From Bugula neritina (lineage: Eukaryota > Animalia > Bryozoa): DNA of 64,000 nucleotides. Where the stretch lies: positions 3,132,741 to 3,196,740 of the forward strand of contig OZ037768.1 of the NCBI GenBank assembly GCA_964035545.1. Reading direction: 5' to 3'. Under the pieces are notes generated by a model. It ran no database searches, was not told where the DNA came from, and saw nothing but the letters and a program-made list of their open reading frames with translations. Numbering within the stretch: position 1 is the first letter of the stretch; every line of letters starts with the position of its first letter. Positions 24,301 through 35,343 of this stretch are shown piece after piece. A program made the translations under genes and the position numbers.

Positions 24301-25599
24301 GGCTAGAGCTTGATTGGGTGTATATCAACTCTCCCAGCTATCATGCTGCTTACACTCTCTGTAGGTTTCAAAGGCAAAGCCAAGCCCAACCTGTTGAAGC
24401 AGGAGACTCAGTCTTTAGCCTGTGCTCTCAGAATACTGTTCTCCATGTATAGTGATGAATCTATGGCTAGTTGTAAAGAAAAGATACAGACCAGACTTAC
24501 AGAGTATGTAGGCTACATTATTCTCGCTATAACTCTGTACTGTAACTTTGTACTCTCTACTATAAATCTGTACTCTCTGTACTATAACTCTGTACTATAA
24601 CTCTGTATTCTGTACTATAACTCTGTACTATAACTCTGTACTATAACTCTGTACTCTGTACTATAACTCTGTACTCTATACTATAACTCTGTACTCTGTA
24701 CTATAACTCTGTACTATAACTCTGTACTATAGTCACACTAGGCTTTTAAAGTCTGTCTCCTTCCAGCTATTTCTATTCCCTGACTCAACGCAGTCATACT
24801 GCTAATTGATACGTGGGAGGAAAATTCTCTTTGATCATTTTGATATATTTATGTGGGGGAGTTGGCACTGCATAGTGTGTGATGTTTCCAATACAGGCTG
24901 TGCTCTGAGGCCCTGCTCTACTACCTGGCGCTGAGTAATGATGGACATAGGGATGCGTGGCGGGAGCTCATGTTACTCATATTCAACAGAATACTGAAGT
25001 TCTCTGATGCAGAGGTACGAGATATGTATTATATTATATAATATATATTATAATTATATTATATATAATATTATATATATGTTTCAATATATATATTATA
25101 TTATATTATATATGTTTTCTTATATATTATATTATATATATTATAGCTGACTCAGTGAGTAGTTTGCTTGTCCAAGAACTATGCACTGTTTCCTGCTCCA
25201 CAAACTTGACAGATGGCGTGGATTTCATTGTTTTGTTAAAAATGATATTTTAAACTTTGCCGATTCGTTGAACATATTCAATAAATAACTCAATGCCAGC
25301 TAAAGTGATGTCATTGTTAACAAATAGACGTGTATTGTTATACATTGCGGTTTAATGCAGTTAGTTTCTAGTAGCTGCAGGAAATAATGTTCTGTCTGAT
25401 GAGATATCTGGTTCAATCAGACTCTCCATTTCTGTTACAGTTTCAGTTGCACGCTGCCACACACTATGCTGCTGTGTGTGACCTCATATCCGCTGACATC
25501 AAAATGGAGCTCCGCGTGATGCTAAGGAAGTTTTTCTCTCGGTTAGGACTCGTCTATGAAATCATTCCCTCTGCAGTAACCGTCGCAGCAGACAGTTAG
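387..25599 (+). CDS. ARFGEF1: Brefeldin A-inhibited ARF guanine nucleotide exchange factor (BIG1/BIG2, Sec71-like); spliced, 5'-partial
   Basis: 36 phase-consistent exons: 387-528, 643-789, 1064-1158, 1683-1818, 2448-2504, 2612-2783, 3259-3387, 3707-3854, 4464-4521, 5273-5449, 5800-6022, 6575-6700, 7382-7556, 7718-7864, 8188-8358, 8549-8633, 8875-9055, 9397-9551, 10020-10183, 10562-10685, 11492-11627, 11933-12064, 12551-12720, 13181-13332, 13859-14031, 14330-14490, 14991-15145, 20681-20810, 20995-21130, 22394-22532, 22813-22967, 23416-23561, 23752-23959, 24365-24503, 24897-25014, 25441-25599 (~1740 codons). BIG-family motifs: [25 protein letters not shown] (HUS), [12 protein letters not shown] (Sec7 glutamate finger), [44 protein letters not shown]. 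Boundaries of the linker exons at 2448-3387 are less certain, and ARFGEF1 vs ARFGEF2 is not resolvable in an invertebrate. Confidence 0.96.
1828..2146. repeat. 27-bp minisatellite (CACAGAGTATAGCTGTATGATACATTA) x~12
   Basis: Direct reading; starts 9 nt after the donor at 1819. Confidence 0.95.
2803..3016. repeat. 26-bp minisatellite (CTGCTAGCATGTTGACCTCCTGACCY) x~8
   Basis: Direct reading; starts ~20 nt after the donor. Confidence 0.95.
3410..3672. repeat. 22-bp minisatellite (TAGCATGTAGATAGTGTGTAGT) x~12, degenerate 5' half
   Basis: Direct reading; fills most of intron 3388-3706. Confidence 0.9.
4322..4439. repeat. 23-bp minisatellite (CATTTATATACTATACCTGAATA) x5
   Basis: Direct reading; ends ~25 nt before the acceptor at 4463. 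Confidence 0.9.
5596..5785. repeat. 16-bp minisatellite (CAAGTATAGACATACA) x~12
   Basis: Direct reading; ends ~14 nt before the acceptor at 5799. Confidence 0.9.
6013..6259. repeat. 21-bp minisatellite containing the splice donor (GTAGTGTATG|GTAAGTATGCT) x12
   Basis: GTAAGT recurs every 21 nt from 6023 to 6254. Confidence 0.95.
7055..7140. repeat. 33-bp tandem repeat x~2.6
   Basis: GTATTGAGTTGTCAAGGTAGTCTTGATATTGAA at 7055 and 7088, with a partial copy at 7121. Confidence 0.85.
7382..9055 (+). other. Exons encoding the Sec7 catalytic domain of the ARF-GEF
   Basis: [12 protein letters not shown]...[12 protein letters not shown]...[21 protein letters not shown]...[38 protein letters not shown]. 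Confidence 0.95.
8643..8815. repeat. 20-bp minisatellite (TCTCAGTCTATATAATATAC) x~9
   Basis: Direct reading; starts 9 nt after the donor at 8634. Confidence 0.9.
9044..9174. repeat. 23-bp minisatellite containing the splice donor (CTAACCTACAAG|GTATAATTCAC) x~6
   Basis: GT at 9056, 9079, 9102, 9125, 9148 and 9171. Confidence 0.95.
9600..10022. repeat. ~22-bp minisatellite containing the splice acceptor (TATATTATATATTACAG|ATGTA) x~19
   Basis: The last copy is the true acceptor (AG 10018-10019; exon begins ATGGTG). Confidence 0.9.
10925..11497. repeat. 21-bp minisatellite (GTAACTCAGTACTCTGTGTmT) x~27
   Basis: Runs into the acceptor TGTGTAG|GTACTC at 11491. Confidence 0.95.
14047..14170. repeat. 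22-bp minisatellite (TAGTACATTGTATACTGTCATG) x~4-5
   Basis: Starts ~15 nt after the donor at 14032. Confidence 0.8.
14545..14737 (+). mobile_element. Degenerate second copy of the same SINE family (ARFGEF intron)
   Basis: Colinear blocks shared with the 60797-60983 copy: TATTGrTGATGT, GTCATrrTTGCTCCT, CTTAGCCC, CAGGAsTTCTmAyAGGGATGG. Confidence 0.6.
17511..17611. repeat. 52-bp direct tandem duplication
   Basis: ACTCATGTTCCTTTCTGCTTAATAGCAAATGAATTAACAATCTTTATAT at 17511 and 17563. Confidence 0.85.
21135..21568. repeat. ~12-bp degenerate minisatellite (GTACTGTGTGTA)n
   Basis: Begins immediately after the donor at 21131. Confidence 0.9.
22523..22692. repeat. 45-bp minisatellite containing the splice donor (TTCCACAACA|GTAAGTA...) x4
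   Basis: GTAAGT at 22533, 22578, 22623 and 22668. Confidence 0.9.
23569..23700. repeat. 20-bp minisatellite (GTTACTGTGTATTGTGTGTA) x~6
   Basis: Begins right after the donor at 23562. Confidence 0.85.
24527..24731. repeat. 13/20-bp compound minisatellite (CTATAACTCTGTA[CTCTGTA])n
   Basis: Begins ~24 nt after the donor at 24504. Confidence 0.9.
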
Positions 25600-25798
25600 A
25601 CCTAGAACGCTGCCTGGCATTGTAACTAGACTACGCGTGCTGCCAGCAACTGACGCTGGCAGCATAGACTGTGGCCTGTCACTTAGTGAACCTCGAATTC
25701 ATGTATTGCTTGTAACAGCTCGGATATTGCTGGTGGACAGCTCTCGATTGCAAAGGAAATACAAAATTTGTTTGAGAAAAACTCCTAAGTTTTATTTT

Positions 25799-25804
25799 AA
25801 TAAA
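25799..25804 (+). other. Candidate polyadenylation signal of ARFGEF (alternative at 26403-26408)
   Basis: AATAAA 200 nt after the stop codon. Confidence 0.45.
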
Positions 25805-28743
25805 CGTATTATTGTATTCAATGCATTAATTTTTATACAAATTTTATTTAAAAGTTATTTGGCGAGTGTACAAGATGTGATGTGTTTTATGCGTTATGCC
25901 TCAACTTCATGTATTTGTCTCAACTTTTATATTATTGTTTTTCATCCTTGACCTTGTCTGTACCCAACTTGATTCAACTGTTGTGAGTCTAATGATTAGT
26001 ATAGGTTCCCCTCCCTGTGTTGTCTTGTGGGTGGAGTATATTATGTCGTATTATGGCCAGCCTGTAATTAAGAAAACTATGCCAGCCCTTTGAGGAGATT
26101 CTCGTTTAATTATAATTTTTATATTTATTACATGTCTCCAATTTTCGCCTCTGAAAAACCAGATGATTGATTCGTGTATCAAGGACGGCTTCCTCAATTT
26201 TCCTCGAGTATAATATAGTGAGGGTTGCAAATTCTAGTTTAATTCCGTAATATAATTAACTCTTGTATTTCTATCAAAATGTCATTTTAATGTAGATAAT
26301 TTATTGGCTGTACATCATCAGTAGCTGGTCAACGTTTTGATGTAAAATGATTATTTTGGTATTTAAAATATATCATATATTGATCATACAAACACTTTGT
26401 GCAATAAAGTTTTAAGATCAATCTTGTTGAAGATGAATTGCTTCATAAGTGCTACTCTATAGATGTAAGGTTTCGTAAATTGTTACAAAGTTTGAGGCCT
26501 TCCGAGTTTAACAAACGCAACAGAGCTTTTACCCAGTAAAAGTATCTTTTGCAAAATCGTACATTAGAACTACAACTCGTTCACATGATGTAGACATAAA
26601 CAAGAAAGTAATTTTATGATACACACATCTGTATGCTAAGGGGACTCTTGTTTTTCACAGAAACACTGGGTGACAGAAAACATATTGAGGATGAAAATTT
26701 AAGTGATTAATTTTTATTTGATAGTATTGCATTTGTGCATTGTTAAAGCATGCTTAAATATTTTAGTAGAGTTCAAGTAATCTTGGATCAGAAATGTACG
26801 TGTTTAAATCCACGGACAGACTGATGACTAAATACTATCCTTATATTAGTAGGCAAGCAGTAATTTTTATTGCCTATATGCTATATGTTCTGAAAATAGC
26901 CTTGAAATAATCAAACTAATGACACTATGTTTAATGGCTACCAAGAAATGAAAATTTTATTTCATGAATGCTTTGAATATAATTATAGTTGGCACCGAGG
27001 GGCATGGAGTCACTTTATAAGTGCTCTTTCATTATTGTTTTATTGCACAACGGCATGCACGAATGCACAAAAAAGTTGTTAGGAATTTGCATTTATCAAA
27101 AAACTAGCATGCTGCTTGAAATGATATTTTTAGTATATATAAAAAGTATTATCAAGTAAATTGTTTTTGGTAAAACAAAATATAAAAATTGAAATTGGTT
27201 ACTTGCTACTTTATATGTTAATAAACTAAATAACTTTGAATACAAAAATATTTATTGTTCACTTCATTATGCAGTACATTAAAAACAATATGCGTTTGTC
27301 TTTTCAAAATTTTTATATTATTCAAATATTGTTTAGTATGCACAAGGCTTTGCCTTAAATTTTTAGTAGCAAAGCAATATAACATTACTATACTACATTA
27401 TAAAATCCACAAATTAAATGAAGTTTCGTAAAGCCACATATGAAACTTTAGTCCTTTTATTTAGGGTTATCTTCTCTTGGATATCCTTTATAAGCTACGG
27501 GTGGTTTTCAGTGCAGCCGTTTGACATCAAATAACACATTAATCTGCTCCTGTTGGAAATATCTGGCCTCTCCCAGAAAATTGACAAATGAAATGTTTAG
27601 CAAGAAGGCTATAGCTGGTTTTCACACCCAAATCATGTACCAATGCATCTTCTTCAGTTTGACAACATTGATTCCCTTCCAACCGTGATCACAGGCCATG
27701 CAATAGGAGGTATACGATGTGGTTGATCAGATCGAATATAATTTGTATAGAAACATCATCAACTAATTACTAGTTACTAGGTAGCTGTCACTCAATAAAT
27801 GCATAAATTTGCAAAACAAGGGCCTTTGTGCTCAGCTGTTTGGCAGATGTACAAAATAATAAGCCACATCAATAAAGTTATTAAATAATGAAATATGCTT
27901 CCACCATTAAATATCAAGTTATTATAATAAATTGATATAACAAGGCGATGTTGAAAATGCAACACTGATGCTTTCATAACAAATTTTCAGCTTTTACTAA
28001 ATAGAAAATATTTAACTTAAAACTAACAAGTTGTGGCAATTAAATAGTTACATAAAAAGATGAGGAAAACTAGAAACATTTTCTGCCATTCATTTATTTA
28101 TGTCGAATTTGTATATAAAATGTTTTGTACTGTGAAGTAGAAAGAAATCTCTTATGTTTTGATGAGAACTTTTTAATATTCAACTCAAGTATTTTGCATT
28201 TAATTTGGATTTAGGTTGATGAGTAGCCCTCGTAGAAATATTATTACATAATCATATTAATAAGGAAATGAACAGCTAAGTATATCTATTCAGATTTGCA
28301 CTGGTTGCACACATTTAATCACCATTAAATGTTTGCTCTTTGTCATGTACTGCCATTTTTTATTGTGCAACTGTATTTTTATAATATTCTGATAAACTAA
28401 TTTTTGCTTTGTGGTGACAGTAAAGCTTTTCTTATTTCTACAGACAATTAAAATTAGATTTAAATAAATTAAACTTGGGTGTAACTCTAGAGCTAAACTA
28501 TGCTTAGTATTCTTAAAATATGTAGCTGCACTGTAAGGAAAGATGCTAGTTTGTATAACAGAGGTATTGGCTTTATTTATATACAATAATTTTGCATTGT
28601 ACATTGTCAAACATTGAAACAAAAATTAAAGATTGTTCAAGTCGAATGAATAAAAATTGGTGTTTCAATAATAACAAGAAAAACATATAATATCTTTAAA
28701 CTGCTAACAAAAATAATAAATTAAGAATAAACTGATAAGCCAG

Positions 28744-30091
28744 TTACTGAGGAGCTAATAATAAATGTGCTGGCATGTGGTAGGGGTGAAACCTGTCTCG
28801 ATGTCGCTTATCTAAAATAGATGACATACTAGATAAAACAGATGATGGAGATTTCCTCCTGTGACTAGAAGTAGGAGATGCTGACTCAACACGTTTCTTA
28901 GGACTAGTTGGCTGGCCGTCATCTGACGGTACTACTATACTGGGACACGCCATAACATGAATCTTCAGATGACTCATCAGATCATCTTGTGTACGAAATC
29001 GTTTGCCGCAGTAACCTTCAGCACCCACCCAGTGACACTCTATTAGCCTAAGGCTACTGGGAGGACTTTTAGACTTGGGTACTTGCAGATCCATAGGTTG
29101 ATCTGATACATCGGAGTTTTTAGGCGACCCTAAGCTGGTACAAGAGTTAGCTGAAGTCCGTCTGCTACCATAACTGTGTGCAGACGAAGGAGATAAGTTT
29201 GAAGGTTTCAGTCTTTTGTTGGATGGTAAAGGAGACACTGAAAGTCTATGCATAGGATCTGGAGTCTCGTCTTGTTGGTTTAAACCGGCAAGTCTGTTGC
29301 TATAAGCCAGCATTGCAGCTGCAGAAGAGCTGGGGTTGAGCATGGTAAGCATGTGACCGAGAGAGTTGCCGTTACCAATAGCGTCGTGTATACAAGGTCC
29401 ACCAGTGTAGCCTACCGACATCATACATATATTACAAGGAGATTTAGATTTGCTGCCAGCTAATTGTCTGTGTTCCTGTAACGTTCCATTGTTTAGTGCC
29501 GGAGCTCCGGATGATGTCTCTTTGGCTCTTTGAAAATACTCTAACTCAGCCTGGTACAGTATTTGCTGATACATTGCTTGGTATTGTGAAGCCAGTGCAG
29601 CAGCAGTTAAGTTTGATGGCTGATTCCTCATTTGAGACTGTCTGAACATATTGGCTGACGGCTTAGTTAAGGCAGCTTTGTTCTGTGAGTTGTGTAAGGG
29701 TGAATGGGCCTTAGTAGCTTCACTGCTTGGTGAAGTAGATAGCCTGCTCTTTCTTGAATCATATGCAGAAGAAAGGGCGGGTTTAGCACCAGACGATGCC
29801 GATGACTTTGAGAGCTCCTGTCCAATACTGCTACAAGTTTCCACCAACATTGCAAGTGGTGACTTTTTTACCTGCAAGAAAATAAACAAGCCACTGTTAT
29901 TATGTTAGTTAATTTAGCTGTTCCAGTATCAACGAGTAATTGATGTTATTATAGCCGTTTGTTTTCTAAAATATTTTAATTTAAAATGAAGAAAAGATAC
30001 TTACAGTAGAAGGAGGAGGAGAATCTGGTCGTACATACTGCTGCTGTGATCTCTGGGTTTGAGAGAGGTTACAAGATTTCTGCATTGTCAT
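28744..30091 (-). CDS. NET-family (NocA/Elbow/Nlz; ZNF503/ZNF703-like) C2H2 zinc-finger transcriptional repressor
   Basis: Exon 1 30091-30005 (MTMQKSC...YVRPDSPPPST, GTAAGT donor); exon 2 29871-28744 (CAG acceptor). Sp box KKSPLAMLVETCSSIG, single atypical finger ECHWVGAEGYCGKRFRTQDDLMSHLKIH, and C-terminal RFHPY; this combination is diagnostic of NET proteins. ~404 aa. Confidence 0.9.
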
Positions 30092-30289
30092 GTTGAATAT
30101 TTACCATACGACAGCAACGTATACATTTACAGCAATGAAGACAACAAAGATGCGCTCAGCTTGCTAACCAGTCGACTAATAGTCATGTGTCACTGTTTCA
30201 GCGTGTTATGTAGCTAATATAGAGACTAATAAATAATAATGCAACAAATTCTATTAGGCATTATCATAAATCGTCATGGTTACAGCGAG

Positions 30290-30520
30290 GTGTAGATCAC
30301 ACCGAGATAAGTAGACCTGTCAATCTAGCCATAGTGATTACTGTCAGGCTATTATCAGTCTCTCATTACAAAATATCTCTCTTCGCAATCAATCACCCTG
30401 ATCACGTTGATTGATTGGCGGTTTTATGCTATGATAATCTGACTGGAGCATTGTGAAACTGTCAGATAAAAGAAACGCCTCAACCAATTGGAATTAGTTT
30501 GTTTTTAAACCGCCCAATGA
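30290..30520 (-). promoter_or_regulatory. Motif-dense upstream region of the NET gene (TALE/PBX, GATA, CCAAT-like sites)
   Basis: CTGTCAATC 30317-30325, CTGTCA 30341 and 30459, CAATCAATCA 30386-30395 / TGATTGATTGG 30408-30418, four WGATAA-type sites, CCAAT at 30484 and 30514. Confidence 0.45.
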
Positions 30521-31992
30521 AAACATGTTGTTTTGAAAAACAAAGAATGAGCTTGTTGGAACAAACTGACATAACCAGTCAAATTTGCTTGATGCTTGCA
30601 ATAACAGAAAGTAGGCTAAAAGTTGAAACATTTGTAGGACTTCAGCATACTTTTATATTTTGATATCACCCATGCCTTAAAGTTAGAATATCATTAGAAA
30701 AATGAGTTTTACATTTTTAAAAATTATAACTGTAAGATGTTTGACCTACACACAGGTGAATATACGGATAAAATATTCAAATTTCAAGTTATATACAAAA
30801 GCACTGATGATGATCAGTAGAAGGTCATTATGTTGAAGGCTATTTCGTTTCAAGTCTTGTTTTTTCCTGCAGCTAGCTGTTTTCTCACCTCCTATACAAG
30901 TGAAAACAATAAGTAGCCCCTGCTAACCATTGTGTAATAAGCTATAACCATACTATGTGCATGTTATGATTAGCTGCACATCTGAATGATGAAATTAAGT
31001 AGTGAGGTAGACATTCAAGATTATTTCCAAATAGGTGCAAATTGTTTAAAAATGCATGATTTGATTATGTTATAAAGTAATCATGCTTTCCATAGCAAAA
31101 TGTTTTTCGTAAACAGATTGATTTTAAACTGACGTTGGGCTTTAAGATGAATTTATGGTTTAGTTGTGAGTCAACATGATGAAAAACAAGACAGTTGAAG
31201 CGAGTAGTGATGAGTGCTAAATGGATTCACTGAGTTAGACTAACAGGCACGGAATTATGTAAGTATATAGATTGCGTGACTGTAATGCTACGTTATTATG
31301 ATTTCACCAATGAAGAAAGTTACAATTGCACTATTGCATATATATTAGGTGTAAAATAATTAATGACAGGGATTAGTCAATTCTTTTACTTTCATGAGAC
31401 GAATTTTTGACATCAGTGTGAATATATTGATAGGGTTGAAGGCTTAGCAAACCGAGCATCTCCGGGGTACCGCCAAGTCTTGCGCTATCAGGTGTTTACA
31501 TCTATGGGCGTATCTTTGGCAGAAATAAACTTCCCTGTAATTAATTGAAGTGAAATGCACTCAAGACCTACATTACTCAAGCAGTGTAATTTTGGCAATT
31601 TATTTGCAAGTTCTATTTGCTTTGAAAAATGGAATTTGCATCCAAAATTTATAGGCACTTCTCAAGGGTACTACATCTTGGATGGTGATAGATGCAGATG
31701 TATGAGAATAATAAGAAAATCAGCGGTATTATAATATCATTTTTGTAGCTTTTCTAAAGGTAATAATCGTTAACAAAAAAATCAAGCCAACCATTGATTT
31801 AAGTGCATTATTTAGCTAGCACTATGCTCAGCTATTGAAGGTATTGACAGAGGAGGGATTTGCATCTGCGTGTATGTATGAATGCATTATTGACTAAATA
31901 AACGAATACATCTAGTTCAATACTCTCTTAGGCACATTGAAAGTTACTGAGAGCTCATTGTTTGCATATCACCTGTTTACATTAGTTACAAA

Positions 31993-34900
31993 ATGGCTGC
32001 CCTGTAAGTTATGTGAAAATTGAATGAGTGAGTCAACAGTGAGAAGGTAAGTAGAAGTAAGGTATTAAGATAAGCTAGGGCATTCACACAAGAGTTGAAT
32101 TGTTTAACTAGCTAATGTGGGTCTTTTAGTAGCAGAAAAACAGCACACCGACGCAACTACTTAAAGCCACTGGGAGTTCTAACTAAACGTGAGACTTTTA
32201 GGAAAGCAAATGAATGGAATAGCGAATGGTACACAGACTTCTGCAGCTAACAAGGAATTCTGCTGTAACTTCACCTAGTTTCTAGGATTTACTAAGACTT
32301 TCCTACTTGCAGGAGGGCAAAGCCAGAAGTTGATTATCAAATGAGAGACAATCAAAGGCTGTTGGAGGGTAAAGTAACAGATATGACACACAATGGCATT
32401 GTGGACATAAATAAGAACCAAAATCTTAACCAAAGAAAGCTTGTACTTCACTTTGATATCAGAAACACTTTAATAGTGGCTGATACAGTGACAAGTATCA
32501 CGGTAGAGCAAGCACTCAACGCATACTTGACAGGAGTATTGTGGGGGAGGGCTTCAGAAAACAATCAGTGGGAATGGAAAAGTAAAGCACCAAGTCTAAA
32601 TGCACCGGAACCAGTAAGTCAACCACTTTACTATAGTATCTATTACTGGTTGCTTGATTCGCAGTGCAACTGTATCAAATGTTTTATCTTTATTCACAAT
32701 TTTTATACTAAATTTTGGATTTGCTTTGGTGCCAAGTTTTATTACTGATCTTAGACTAAAAATAAAGGTGTCCACCAACACCTTCTGTCAGATTAAAATG
32801 CAAAAAATGTTTAACAATTTCTCAAAAATTTTATGTTTGAGTTTGACCTAAAGAACATGAATCTTCAACATTTCCAAATATTAGATACAAACTAGGGGTT
32901 TGCTCCAAGTTTGAGAATAAAATGTTTGAAATTCATCAGAGTACCTGGCCCAGCCTCTAATGGCAGTTGATATTATTTAAAATGTACTTCCACTTATAAC
33001 TAGACAATGGCTGTGTGCAATTTATAAACTGACCCTACGTCTTATGTGTAATTGATATGTTCTTGCCTAACCTGTCAGCTATTACGTGTGATGTAATACA
33101 AATAAAGCAAGGTAATACCCAAAGGAAAGCTTTAGCTAACATTAATGTTGAGTCAGTACATAGCTCAGCCTTGGTACCTACTCTAGTATTTGTTTTCAGT
33201 ATCTTTGGTGTTGGTTCTATGACCATATCGTTAAGGTACTGCTAGTTGGAACCCTGTCACAAACGGCAAACGTATTTTGTAGTTAGTGCTTGGTGCATCA
33301 TGCTATACAATTTCAGGAAATACAAAACTTACTTTAGTTTTGAGTCATTGCAAAATGCAATACTTTAAAAAATTTTTTTAACAAAATTGTAAATTTTTAA
33401 AAGTAGTTTTGTAACTTGCAACAAATGTAAGGATATTTGCAGAAGTGCTAAAACACAGTTTAGCAACCACTCAATTTCAACACCTTTGGTATCTTCAATA
33501 CTGGCTCAATACCAGCACCTTTGGGATCCTCAATACTGGCTCAATACCAGCCTACGTGTACTTTTTTTATAATATTGAAACTAATCTCTATGAGGCATAT
33601 AGGCAAACCAATTTCTTTTTCATGCTAGGATACCACGACTTACTACAAGCATTTAGAGCGTATGATAGTGAAGACACCAGTTGACAGAACTAAGCTAAGA
33701 CTAACTGTTGGTGATTTCGTTGGCACAGAAGTTGGGTCCTCCTTTGACATCTATTACCACAACAACCTGAGAAAGCTTGAGTGGAACCACAAGAAGGTTG
33801 ACCCAAAGTTCACTTTGCACGGGAACAAGGGGAAACACTACCACTACATCTTACCCGCAGTTTACAGACTAATACAGCATTTATCCGACACTGGCAGAGA
33901 TTTCAACATAATTATTAGAACCTATGGTTTAGACTGTGAAAATGTCCTACACAGCTTAGACCATGCGCTGAAGTCTAAGAGTCACCCAGCCTTTCCTCAT
34001 CTTCCCGATATGAACCTCCACCGTAAATCAGGCAGGATACTCAGACATGGTAACCAAGTTACAGTTGAGCAGGTAACCAATGCAATTGAAATGCTTGACT
34101 TTACACCTTGACATTGGAACCTTTCTGGTCTACTTTGAGCTCAAAATATTTTAAAATTTAGTTTTTATTTCCGACAATATGGTTTACAAATTCACATGCA
34201 GTTACAACTGGATTTTGACCAGAAAAGATTTTTAATGTTTTGGCAATAAAAAGTGGTTGTCCTTCTTAAGACTTTTGGTTCCACTTTAGACCTTTTCATC
34301 TGCTCTTAGATAAAAGCCAACAGTTCACAAACCTCTTGTGCAAGTGTCTAGTTTATGTAAACTGAAATTCCCCGCAATGTTATGCAATGTTATGTTATGT
34401 TGTTATCTTGTGTAAAACGCTATCACCTCTAATCTGTGTAAATAGATGGTTCATAGTTGAAAGTCCTTCAAATATTTAAAGCATAATATAATATTCAGAT
34501 CAATAACAAATAGAGAAAGATGTTCATGCAGTATATAAGAAAACTTAAGCATTGAATACCATTGAAATAGGATCAAAGAACCAGTTATATTATACGGTTT
34601 TTTAGCAGTTTGATGTGATCTTTTAAACCGCATGCAAGTTAAAATTTAGATAAAACTTAGCTATAGTGACAGAAATTGTATAAAATATTATTCATCAGTT
34701 CTTTGCTATAAATAGAAAAGTTGATTGGAAAAAAATTGTGACAGCAAATCAAATACACAGAGCTGTCTTCAATAGGTAGTAATACTTTCACCTGCTGTCG
34801 ACAAAGTTTATTTAGACAAAAAGTTAAATGATTGAAAATTACATGTATAGTTTTGTAAAATTTTAAATTTTAAAAAGATATTGTTTATTTTGATAATGAA

Positions 34901-35343
34901 AAAAGGTTTTTTATTGTTGGCAGATGGCAGATAAGGAAACGGTTGAAAGACGGCTAGAAAATGCTGATGACATCTATAAATTTATGAGCGAGTTTGAAGG
35001 AGTTTGTGGGTTTCGAGATGACTTTGAATTCTGGCAGAACCATGACTACAAGCACAGTTGTGCCAAGCCCTTGTGGATAGATCCGAGTGACAGCTCGTGT
35101 CAGCATATTATATTTGATGACAACTACAGGCCACACCATGCTGACAGCATTGTGGACATACGAGAGAGAGACCAAAATGGACGGTGGACCAGTCTCGACA
35201 GCGTGCAACTAGACAAGTATGACCAGAGCTGTTTGGTGCAAGTGGATCTGCTGGAGGCCATCAACAATGAGAACTACTACATTGATAAGGTCTTTCGCTG
35301 TGAAACAAAATATAGTAATATTTTGCAATCAACAAAGGTTTAA
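31993..35343 (+). CDS. Uncharacterised HAD-superfamily-like protein (~390 aa)
   Basis: Exons 32313-32613, 33629-34072 and 34924-35343 are joined by GT-AG introns in phase 0/0. Probable micro first exon 31993-32003 (ATGGCTGCCCT|GTAAGT); the in-exon ATG at 32341 is the fallback start. KLVLHFDIRNTL resembles HAD motif I, IIRTYG resembles motif II and IIFDDN resembles motif IV. Confidence 0.8.
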
